Origin: Folioceros fuciformis
Lineage: Eukaryota
Assembly (NCBI GenBank): GCA_049999805.1
Contig: JBNGIO010006327.1
Coordinates: forward strand, 349,689 to 413,688
Reading direction: 5' to 3'
DNA length: 64,000 nt
Of this stretch, positions 33,601-44,274 are shown piece after piece. The position numbers were made by a program, and so were the translations under genes. The first letter of the stretch is position 1, and the number at the start of each line of letters is the position of its first letter. The notes beneath the pieces are model-generated. The model had not been told where the DNA came from. It worked only from the letters and a program-made list of their open reading frames with translations, and searched no databases.

Positions 33601-36098
33601 GTGTTGCAATAACTCTCATGCAGGGTTCCAACCAGGTTTCGAGGGAGGCCCTCCTGCACTCCCTCGTTGAGCTCACGGGGAAGCCAACTGAACAGGTATT
33701 TGTAAATAGTGTCAAGCTACCCAGTGATGTGATTGTGGAGTTTTTCACTGCTCTGTGCTCAATATCAGCAGAGGAGTTGAAGCAGTCTCCTCCTCGTGTT
33801 TTCAGTTTGCAAAAACTCGTCGAGATCAGCTACTACAACATCACTCGTATCCGTATGGTGTGGGCTAGGATATGGGCGGTTCTCTCTGTTCACTTTGTAG
33901 CAGCTGGAAGTCACCCTGATGAGAAGATTTCCATGTATGCTATTGATTCACTGAGGCAGCTCGCCATCAAATACCTTGAAAGGGCCGAGCTAGCAAATTT
34001 CAGTTTTCAGAATGATATTCTCAAGCCTTTTGTGATTCTGATGCGAAACAGCAGGAGTCGAACCGTAAGAGCCCTCATTGTAGACTGCATTGTGCAGATG
34101 ATTAAGTCCAAAGTTGCCAGTATCAAGTCAGGTTGGCGAAGTGTCTTTATGGTGTTCACAACTGCTGCAACTGATGAGAATGAAGCGATTGCAGATGTGG
34201 CATTTGAGAATGTCGAGCAGGTTATACTAGAGCATTTTGATCAGGTCGTTGGGGACTGCCTTATGGACTGTGTGAACTGCCTCATCGCATTTGCCACCAA
34301 CAAAGCCAGCTCTCGCACAAGTCTGAAAGCTATTGCTCTTCTCAGGATTTGTGAAGATCGACTTGCCGAGGGCCGTATTCCAGGGGGTGCATTGAGGGTA
34401 ATCGAAGACACAGGGAAGGGTGCAGATTTGGAGGTGGCTGAATACTATTGGTTTCCTATGCTAGCAGGCCTTTCAGATCTCACCTCGGACCCTCGTGTTG
34501 AAGTGAGAAACTGTGCACTGGAGGTGTTGTTTGACCTGCTGAAAGAGCGAGGTCACAAGTTCTCAAGTGCTTTCTGGGAGAGCGTATTTCATAGAGTGTT
34601 GTTTCCCATCTTTGATTATGTCAGGCATGCAGGAAAGGATGGTGAAAAGCCACCCTCTGCAGATCAGTGGCTTAGGGAGACATGCATCCACTCCCTCCGC
34701 CTACTTTGTGATTTGTTCAGTACTTTCTACAAGGAAGTTTCATACTTGCTGCCATCCTTGTTGGGATTGTTGATTGACTGTGCTACAAGACCAGACCAAG
34801 CTTTGGCTTCAATTTCAGTTGCAGCTCTTGTCCACCTTGCAGAAGTTGGAGGGCATCAATTCAGTAGCAAGGACTGGACTACTCTGTTGGACAGCATCCG
34901 AGAGGCATGTCAAACCACACAGCCGATTGAGCTTCTCAGTTCTAGTAATGGCGCCAGTCTTCGGACGGACAGTTGGTCCAGAATGAGAAAGCCGGGAACA
35001 TTGACCCCTCTTCACAATTTCAGTGGAGACCTCACCTCGGGTAGTAGTCATTCTGATAAAGGAACGACCTCGGATGCTGAGAATTCTGAGCATTATGAAA
35101 ACGGACAAACTTATGCAGGGACACCCCACAGTAATGGAGGGCCACACTTTCGACAGTCTTTTGATGTACAGGAACGGAATGGTTCAGAAGCAGAAGAACT
35201 GTCCGCCTCAGAGCATAGGCAGTCGGGCAGCAGCCCTGTAGCTGGGCAGAGCAGCGGACGAAGGTTTATGGGAAGTGTAATGGACACGCTTCTGCTGAAG
35301 AGTTTCAAGCCGAGAGGTCGTCTGGCTGATTCCCCAGGTTCGTCACCTGCTGCTCAAGCCGTCGATGCAGGAGAACAGATCCCTGAGGATGTTGAAGAGG
35401 ATCCTGCCGTTCCGGTTGTAAGGACAAAATGTGTCGTCCAGCTATTACTCCTGGCTGTCATTGACAGCTTCCAGAAAAATCACTGGAGCAGATTTGAGCA
35501 GTCACACAAGATACTCATAATGGATACTCTCCTGTCTCTGGTTAATTTTGCGGCGTCCTACAATTCTAATGCCAATCTGCGAGCGCGTATGCAGCAACAT
35601 TCTGGGGACAGGCCTCCACAGAACTTGTTGCGATTGGAGGTTGAGGCTACTCGGGTATATCTCACAGTTCTCAATAAGGCTGCTGCTGTTGGTTCGAAGT
35701 ATGAAGCTGTCGCCAACGGAACAAAGAGTCTTCCTCTTGTGGAATTGGAGGATGACATCGAGGATGAGGAGGTTGACAGGAAAGGGGACGAAAAGGTGAG
35801 AGAAGAATCGGAAAGGCGGCTGGTTGCGTTCTTTGGGCATATTCTGAAGGAGGCTGCGACTCTCCAGCCGACTCCTGGACATCCTGTGCAAACTGACACG
35901 CGCAGATGTTTGGCTTTGCGGTCGCCAGTCACAGTGAAGGTGCTAACTGCCATGTCTCAGATGGACAGAGGATTGTTCAAGAAGTACCTTCCCGACTTCT
36001 ATCCGTACTTCACGAAGCTGATCTGCAGTGAACAGTTGGACGTAAGAAGGGCCTTGGGCGAAGTCTTCAAAGTACAGCTTGTAGCTCTTTTGCCGTGA
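30657..36098 (+). CDS. BIG5: Brefeldin A-inhibited ARF-GEF BIG5/MIN7 type, single 1813-aa ORF with no introns
   Basis: DCB/HUS region (FINYDCD), Sec7 motifs [21 protein letters not shown] and [16 protein letters not shown], and HDS regions. The BIG5-type N-terminus is [15 protein letters not shown] and the C-terminus [23 protein letters not shown]. Confidence 0.96.
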   Translation: [1813 protein letters not shown]

Positions 36099-36353
36099 GC
36101 ATAGGATCTTGTTTGAAAGGCAGGGCTAATTAGGCAATTAGAACTCTGGAGTTCTCCGTCTAGTGGAGTGCACGCCATTTTTGTACACAAAATCCATAAT
36201 GTGGGACAAGCAGTATCTCCTTATTTTCTTTCCTGGTGTTTCGGAGTTTCAGCAACACCAGTTGCGTATGCTTCTTACACTTGTTTATTTAAATCTTCAA
36301 TGGGAGGGAGCGTTGTGCAGCAGAAACAAGTTGTTGATCAGCCAGGACTAGAC

Positions 36354-37280
36354 ATGGCCGCCTTGCCTCTGCTTTTTGTGTTGTCATGTGTGGGATTGGC
36401 TGTGATCAAATCAGGCGACGCTTTGCCGTTCGTTGTGTTGCATGGCATCGGCGACCAGTGCAAGAATTCAGGCCTCGCTGGATTCACCGAATTCCTGAGC
36501 ACTGCAACAGGTACCGAAGGCTTTTGTATAGAGATTGGCAATGGAGCAAGTGACTCCTTCTTCATGCCCATGGAAAAGCAGGTTGAGGAGGCGTGCAGTT
36601 CGGTGAAGGCGATCCCCGAGCTTAAAGAGGGCTACAACATAGTAGGATTGTCGCAAGGGAATCTGGTAGGGCGAGGATTGATCGAGTGGTGCGATGGCGG
36701 ACCTGCTGTTCACAACTTCATTTCCATCGGCGGGCCGCATGGTGGCACGGCCTCCGTCCCCGCTTGCACCACCCTCACCATTTGCATTCTGGTGGATGCC
36801 GTGATCAAGCTTGGGGTGTACACGGCTTACGTACAGAACCACTTGGCTCCGGCAGGCTATGTGAAGATCCCCAACGACTTGGAACACTACTACAAGGGTT
36901 GCCTGTTTTTGCCCAAGCTCAATAACGAGCTTCCAGGCAGCCGCAACGAAACCTACAGGGAGCGCATGGCCAACATCGGCCACCTCGTGCTGATCATGTT
37001 TGAGAGGGACACCATCATCTTGCCCCCTGAGACCGCCTGGTTTGGCTTCTACGCTGACAATGACTTCAACACCATCTTGCAGCCGCAACAGACGGCCCTC
37101 TACGTCGAGGACTGGATTGGGCTGCAGGTGCTGGACAAGTCTGGCCGTGTCAGCTTTGTAGCATTGCCGGGTAACCACCTCGACATATCCCAGGCTCAGC
37201 TCTTGCAGCATGTTGTTCCATACCTCAAGATCACGGCTGCGCCACGCACCTTCGTTTCGAAACTGGACATGGCGCTTTAG
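36354..37280 (+). CDS. PPT1: Palmitoyl-protein thioesterase 1-like, signal peptide, intronless, 308 aa
   Basis: Signal peptide, then LPFVVLHGIGDQC, nucleophile elbow GLSQG, NFISIGGPHGG, ETAWFGFY, LYVEDWIGL and GNHL. Confidence 0.93.
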   Translation: MAALPLLFVLSCVGLAVIKSGDALPFVVLHGIGDQCKNSGLAGFTEFLSTATGTEGFCIEIGNGASDSFFMPMEKQVEEACSSVKAIPELKEGYNIVGLSQGNLVGRGLIEWCDGGPAVHNFISIGGPHGGTASVPACTTLTICILVDAVIKLGVYTAYVQNHLAPAGYVKIPNDLEHYYKGCLFLPKLNNELPGSRNETYRERMANIGHLVLIMFERDTIILPPETAWFGFYADNDFNTILQPQQTALYVEDWIGLQVLDKSGRVSFVALPGNHLDISQAQLLQHVVPYLKITAAPRTFVSKLDMAL

Positions 37281-37390
37281 TTTGAAGGGGCAAATTCAAT
37301 TAGCCGTCATGGTGTACTAGAGTCTCCCAGCAGTAGCATAAGTTGCCATTGGCGGCAAGTATACTGCACTGCTGCCGAAGTGGTTAAGAG

Positions 37391-40300
37391 TTAAGATCCA
37401 GACACCCTGGCCACTGAGGCAAGTGATAACTCTTTCAACTGTCGGGAGTCAACTGATGACGGAGTGTTCGTCAAGAGACACTGTGCTTTGGTAGTCTTGG
37501 GAAAAGCTATGACGTCCCTGATTGATTTCTCCTCCGCTAGAAGCATTACGAGACGATCAATCCCAAAAGCAATGCCACCTACGAGCAAACCACGGCATAG
37601 GCTCGTGAGAAGATTCCTGATCAGTGCGTCACAGTGACATATCGTAAGCTCAGAGTCTCACCATGTGGCGGAGCACCTAAGTCCAAAGCCTCAAGGAGGT
37701 AGCCAAATTTTTCTTCGGCCTGACACAGCACACAGAAAGATAAAAGGCTCAGAGCTATGAAGATGCAAAGATGTCGAAAAGGCCATTGAACAGGAAATGA
37801 CCTCAGAAATGGTGAGCCCCACGGCTTCCAGCACTTTCTCCTGAATTTCCCGCCTGTATATTCTCAAACTTCCGCCTCCAATCTGGGTGATCGAAGGTGC
37901 ACAGGTTCCAAATCCGTAACCGACGGTGCAGACTCACTTACAGATGAACAATTGACAACAGATGTTGCTGACGACCAACACGAGCAAAAGTAAATACCTC
38001 AACACCGTTGTAGACCATATCATAAGCCAGAGCTCTAGCAGTTTTCAAATTGCTCATGTCGTCTGGATTCGGTGCAGTAAATGGATGGTGAAGAGCCTGG
38101 CAAACGTACATTGTCAGCCATCCCGCGATAGACAGCCAAAACACTAGAATATGGCCTCCTCGAAATTAACGTACCTCGAGGCGCTGCTCAGACTCATTCC
38201 ATTCGAACATAGGAAAGTCAGTGACCCAGAGGATAGCATGGGCTGACTGCATTCCAACAACGGAATGTTAGTAATAACATTCTTTTCCGAGGACAGCATA
38301 CGCAGAAGAGAGACGTCAACAAGTGGAGGCTACGGTAAGCTGGGCATTCCAGGGCTTTCGCAGATCCGAAAAGCCTCAGTCCGGACCTGGTCGATCAAAT
38401 CCAGGTTCCCAGCAAGATACCCTCGAAGCCTTCCCAGTGTCTTATTGACGGCAGCATTTGGGCCTGCAGCGAACAATATAAGGTCGCCAGCCTGAGCTTG
38501 TAACCTAGACAACATGATATCTGCTTGTTCTGTGCTCAAACTTGATGTGATAGCTGCCAGGCCCTCAACTTTTCCTGGAAACACGAAGATCTTGTAATAA
38601 TTTAGTTTACGAGCAAAGTAGCAGAGCTAGTTCTAGTATGCAAGTCGCTCTCAACGCAGAATGCATCAAACATCTCGAGTGGCTAAGTGATAACACCTGA
38701 GTCTACCACTTTGAGGAATGGAAGTCCCTTCGCTCCTGACTGCAGGGCCTCTGCTAGGACATCTCCCTTCTTCAGGCGAGTAGCTGATACCTTGTTGGAC
38801 CCACCAGGTACTGAGATAGCCTTCACAACTCCACCATTCGCAATCGCATTTGCAAAAACCAGGAAAGTAGAGTTTGCAAATATATCTGACAACTGACATG
38901 AAAAAACTTACACGAGGTCAAAAAAAAAGTACACATATGGTCCCTATCTTACAACGGTCGCAAATAAGAATGGAGGACTGTACCTCCAGAAGCTCCATCC
39001 CGAAACGTAAGTCTGGCTTGTCAGATCCAAACCGTTCCATGGCCTGGGCGTAGGTCAACCTTGGAAATGGATCAGGAAGCTCGACCTGCCTGACTTCTCG
39101 AAACACCTGGACACAGCCGCTGAACATGTTGTCAGACTGCTTGGTCTGAGAGACAAAAAATACACACTCCAGTTCACTCACAAGTCTTATCAAGTCCTCA
39201 TTTAGTTTCAGCATATCCTCCAAGGGTGTGAAGGCCAACTCCATGTCCAGCTGCGTGAACTCCGGTTGTCTATCAGCTCTTAGATCTTCATCCCGGAAAC
39301 ACCTGAATAAACAAGGAAATCGTATCAACAGCCCAAGGTTGCAGATGCAAGCACACACTGAATGCAATCCCATTGACAGAAGTCATGCATGTTCCCACCT
39401 TGCTAACTGATAGTATCTGTCAAACCCAGAAACCATCAGCATCTGCTTGAACAATTGAGGACTCTGAGGCAAGGCGTAGAATTCTCCAGGCTACACAAGT
39501 GGCATAATACCCTGGTGAATTGACTATTACAGTTAGTTGCATCCGGAAGCAAAGGCTCAAACATCTGGTGACCAACCTGAACACGTGATGGGACGAGATA
39601 ATCACGGGCTCCTTCAGGCGTCGATTTTGAAAGTATAGGAGTCTCAATCTGAAATGGTGGAGCTCAGCATGAGGCTCACAGACAATTGAACAAAAGGAGC
39701 TTCATAGCACCTGAGGGATGATGAACAGCCACGACTCACACTAACCTCAACAAAATCGTGCACGTCCTCCAAGAATCTTCTCATGATCTTAATCACCCTG
39801 TGGCGGTTCCTAAGGTTTCTATTCATTTGCAACCGCCGTAGATCCAGATGCCTATATCTGTAGAACCCAGGACACTTGTAAAAAGCTGAAACTTTGGTTT
39901 CCCCAGCTAACCACTGGTGAAATTATACCAACCATCTGATACAAGGAGCGATACTCACCTAAGGCGTGTTTCCTCTGTAATAACATCCTCCGCATCCTCG
40001 GCAGTCGTGACCAGGAAGGGTAGAGCTACTCTCACCGGATTCAGCAATTGAATCCTGTCAGCCACGACCTGCAAGCTCCAAGGACTGATGCTTCAAATCA
40101 ATCACCGTTTACAAAGACACTTACCCTGACCCGTGCAGAAGGGCATTGGAGATACCTCAACTACACCTGTGGCCATTCGTTTGTTCACAACCTCATCCGG
40201 TCGCCGGTGCACTACTCCTTCAATCGCGAGCACATACTCAAGCCGGACGCGCTCAGCTGCCGAATGCACCTCCGAGAATCTATCAGAGTCACTCCTCACC

Positions 40301-40789
40301 TGCCATCTTGCGCAAAGAAAATACGTTGAGTGGGAGCGCCCGACAGACCAATGCCACACTGAAATGCTGCAAGCTGAATTCACGAGAGACAGTCACCTGC
40401 ACGATTCCGGTGTGATCCCGGAGATTGATAAAAGCAATAGTCCCATGGTTGCGCTGCGATGCAACCCAGCCGCAGAGACGCACCCTCTCCCCCACGTTCT
40501 CCTCGCACAACCTGCCACAGAAATGGGTGCGGCTGGTCCACTCCAGCACCTCGGACAGCGGTAGCGCATTGGCGGCGTGGGGTTTGGCAGGAGCTGCGGT
40601 GGCCTCCACGGGCAGAGCTTGGGATCGGCAGCTGTGATGCCGCATGCCGAGAGACGGTGGGAGTACGGTGACTCGCCATGGGCGGATGCGCTGAAGCTGC
40701 TGGCTGCACCTGCGGAGTTGGCGAGCTTGCAGAACTGCGATGGCAGCTGCTGCCGTCGCCTGGGCACGGGGACAGAATTTGGCCGCCAT
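37391..40789 (-). CDS. Aspartate-tRNA ligase, organellar (bacterial type), multi-exon
   Basis: Transit peptide, [86 protein letters not shown] and [10 protein letters not shown]. Confidence 0.96.
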
Positions 40790-40995
40790 CGCTCTCAGGA
40801 CCAATGACCACAGATCATGAAAGCTTGGGCTTGGACTTGTGCTCCGTCCGTCTCAAAATAAATAAGCCGCAGCTCCAAGCCACAAAACAATTGGCTTCGC
40901 AGCAGGCTGAACTAGCCTAAAATTTTGAGATTCTGGCACACTGCAATGTTCCTAATGCTTCCGTGCTCTGCGGATTTGAGTCTGATGATGAGAAC

Positions 40996-42830
40996 TCAAA
41001 AAATGATTAGGACATTGTTCTCGAAGCCTTGGTCGTAGACGATGGGTCGTTGGGGGTCTACCCTCCACGATCCGTCCACCACAAACTTGATCTGGAATTT
41101 CATCAAAGAAGTAAAACAAGCTTAGGGTCGGTAATAACGTGACTACGAGGATCCTGGAAGTAACGGCTGCTGATGGATGCTGGCTTCCTACCTCGTAACG
41201 CCCAGGGTAAAGCTCCAGTTTGGCTACAAAAACGCCTGCGTTGCTTTTTACCATTTTCACCTGGAAGGTTACACAGAAGATGTCATCTTCTCCCTGCTAC
41301 AGCTACAAGGTTGTCAACCAAAATCTTCCTCCGGTCATATCCAGACAGCTGCTGGACGACAGTATTACCTGCGAACTCCAACCATTGAACGATCCTGCAA
41401 TAGCCACCTCCCTACCAGGATTCGGCCACACAACTTTTGCCGTTCGCTTTAACGGAGGTACCCCGGTTCCAATTGTCTCTCGGCCTTCTTGCAACTTGGT
41501 CAACTCATGGTCTTCATTCCTGCATGATGAACTCCAGTTAGTTACACGAGCACCATTGTGTCTACCTCTCAACCGCAACGTACTGACAGAATATGGGTCT
41601 GTGTGCCATGTAGCCCTACATGACCTCCATCGACAGTGCCTGTGATCTAGCCTTAGCCTGGGAATCCCGCAGAGCAGATATGGACTGGATCAGTTTGTCC
41701 TCTTTGAACTCCAGTGCATCTGAAGCTCTTTCAAGCTCGTCTACTGTTTTGGAATGGATCTGAGAAGAGAAGAACGGGAGACACACTTATCATGCTTCGC
41801 ACCGTGTAGGAACAAGCATGCCCTGAAACGCAGCTAGTGAACAGCATCGCTCTGGAGATGGACCTCTCTAGACGGGAGCAGCAAGAAACTACTCAAACGT
41901 TGCGTACCTCATTCAAATAATCTTCCGATTGAGGTAGAGACGGTCTTCTGGATAGCAACGCAGACTGGGTAGCCACAAGCTTAGACTGCAGCGTGCGTAG
42001 ACGTGATACAACAGAAAGCAGAGCCTCTTCTCCTGCAGCACTGTCCATGATAGGTCTGGCAGCGTCATCTGCCACAGTCTCATGAGCCTGTTGTGCTGCC
42101 AACTGTGACTCCACTATCCATCTCTCCCTTTCATTGGCCATGTTCCTTATCCAGTCTGGCATTGCATCACTACTGTGGGTACTGCTTTCGCTAATAGTGT
42201 CAGGCGTTGCTTCCAATGTCCGACGAATCCTGTTGAGTGTTGCCATGGCTCTAGCAAGTCTGGTCTGGGATGCTTGTTTGCCACCACCTCTTCCCGTGCC
42301 ATTCGTGGACTCGGGAGCCTCAACGACACTCTCAGCAGCAAACCCAGTTGAAGTCGTAGCTGTAGCTGGACTAGCACTCGTGAGTACTGTGCCCATGTCA
42401 TTGCTATAGCTCAGGAAAGCCCTCCCATCCTCTTTAGCCCCTTCTATCCTTGCTGTGGAAGGAACTTCCTCCACAATAGCACCCACTTGGCTGGGTAATG
42501 CACTGCTTCTGCCAAAACCACTCGAGCGGTTGGCTCCCCCATTCCAAGACCTATTTTCTCGGAATTCTTGCCCCTCGGACACCCTGGAGCCTGAAGACTG
42601 GGTTTCCAAGGCCACAGGTGCTCCACGTCCTGCCTGACTATCCACGGAAGCCGATCGACCAGCAGGAGCCTGACGTTGCGTGGGCCTCGATGGCTGAGCA
42701 CTTTCCGGTCGGCTCCCCGAGAAACCACCAACTTTCTGCACTGATGATGGCTTTTCATTCTTCCTTCTCTTGTCTGTTTTTTCTTTCCTCTTCTTACGTG
42801 CTGCGGCCGACTCTCCAGACTTTCCTGCAT
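40996..42830 (-). CDS. PTST2/FLO6-like coiled-coil + CBM48 starch-binding protein (3' exons; 5' end unresolved, may extend to 44274)
   Basis: Spliced C-terminus ELERASDALEFKEDKL...KVVWPNPGREVAIAGSFNGWSSQ|VKM...LELYPGRYE|IKFVVDGSWRVDPQRP...ENNVLIIF*. Confidence 0.85.
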
Positions 42831-43143
42831 CCAATGATGTGTCAAGCATGAGAGATTTCCAGTGGACCTTAATGTGCCCTGAAAGGAACCATCCGCGCCC
42901 TTCCAAAGTGCCACGCACAATAAGATCAAGACTCAATGACCATGCTGTATTATATGCGGACAAGCAGAGATAGAACCTCTTGCTTGAAGCAGAAAGCTGT
43001 TTCCCTTTACATAGCCTTGCGAACTGTCCGAGTTCCAATGAGGCATTCCAAAAGAACTCATCCCAAGCGCATCCAAAGTGACAGCCCGCTTGTAATCCTC
43101 CGCCGCTGCACAGGACAGGGTTCTAGCCTCCCCTTTCCTCACC

Positions 43144-44274
43144 CTAGGTAGACAGGTCATGTGCTTCCCATTCTTCCTCTGCCACTGCAAACCACACGCA
43201 AAAGACAGCAAGATCAATAACTGTCCAAAAGACTGCGACAACTGGAACAAGAAAAGAAGCATGGCACGCCACGCATTTGCTGACCTTGAATCTGAATTCA
43301 AGAGCAACGGGACTCCAGGGCACAGAAGGAAGCACCGAACAGTACCGCCTGCCCTGGAACTGCATCACCAGCTCCTCCTGACCTGCTACCCCCGCCCCTT
43401 GCATTACCCTTTGCCTGCTATCTTCCATCCACCGCAGCTGATCCCTATAACAAGAAATAACAAACAAGACAGCGGACCCCAACACTCGCGCGAGAAGCAG
43501 GCCAGCTGCCACACGAATCCACGCCAACTCGGGTCGCGGCCGCGGCCGCTGCCGCTTCCCCGCCTCCATCCTCCTGCGAGCCGAAACGGAAGCCAAACTC
43601 AAATGCAAGTCCAGAATCGGCGTCCTTCCTCCCCCACCCGGATCCTCCCCGTGCCTGGCACTCCTCACTCTCCCAAGAAATTCCCTCGCAACTCCAAGCC
43701 CGCTCCTCACCGCAGCCACAGCCGGCCCCCACCACCCGCGGCCGTGCTGCACCCGCCCCGCGTCCAGCAGCACCTCCCTCTTCCAAATCCCTGCCAGCCC
43801 GGGATACGCCTGCAGCATCGCCAGAACCTCCTCCACGCCCTCTTCCGCGCCGCAAATGCTGCCATTAATCCCATCCGCCCCGACCACAATATCTCCAACC
43901 ACGTCCCTGGCATCGCAGAGCTCCCGGAGCGGCCGCCGCAATGCCTCGTACCCCGGCAGCTCCACAACCTTGTAGAAGGAGACGGCCTTGAGCTTGCCCT
44001 GGCCTTGCGCCAGACATCGGGCCCGCCAATTGGCGTCGCCAGGCCCGGCCCAGCTGCTGCCCCCGCATAGCCCTGCAATGTCCAACCTCAGGCCCGCAGA
44101 AGCAACTCCCCAATGGAGCCTGGAGCTGGACCCCGACCCCGAGAGGGAGCCTGAGCCTGAGCCGGAGCCGGAGCTGGAGCACGGGGAAGAAGAGCAAGGA
44201 AGACAAGGCCTATGGTGCAGCAGCAAGCGGGAGTCGCTTCCCCCCCCGGCGAACCTGGCTAGGCTAGCATCCAT
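43144..44274 (-). CDS. Transit-peptide-like region + TrhO/STR9 (UPF0176) N-terminal domain without a rhodanese domain; separate gene or first exon of the CBM48 gene
   Basis: VSFYKVVELPGYEALRRPLRELC...GDIVVGADGINGSICG..EGVEEVLA matches plant STR9-type VSFYKF..LRKPLK.LC..GGIILAPEGINGSICG. Similarity ends after ~80 aa. Confidence 0.65.
   Translation of the reverse strand: MDASLARFAGGGSDSRLLLHHRPCLPCSSSPCSSSGSGSGSGSLSGSGSSSRLHWGVASAGLRLDIAGLCGGSSWAGPGDANWRARCLAQGQGKLKAVSFYKVVELPGYEALRRPLRELCDARDVVGDIVVGADGINGSICGAEEGVEEVLAMLQAYPGLAGIWKREVLLDAGRVQHGRGWWGPAVAAVRSGLGVAREFLGRVRSARHGEDPGGGGRTPILDLHLSLASVSARRRMEAGKRQRPRPRPELAWIRVAAGLLLARVLGSAVLFVISCYRDQLRWMEDSRQRVMQGAGVAGQEELVMQFQGRRYCSVLPSVPWSPVALEFRFKVSKCVACHASFLVPVVAVFWTVIDLAVFCVWFAVAEEEWEAHDLST

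Noticed and set aside
36468-37211. 247-aa ORF on the - strand
   Set aside because: It is the antisense shadow of PPT1.
41600-41645. Possible GC-AG intron (CAG|gcactg) in the CBM48 gene
   Set aside because: A canonical AT|gtaggg donor slightly downstream restores the frame (EVM-NEDHEL).
43159-44070. 303-aa Pro/Arg-rich ORF on the + strand
   Set aside because: It is the antisense shadow of a GC-rich coding region and shows no recognisable motif.
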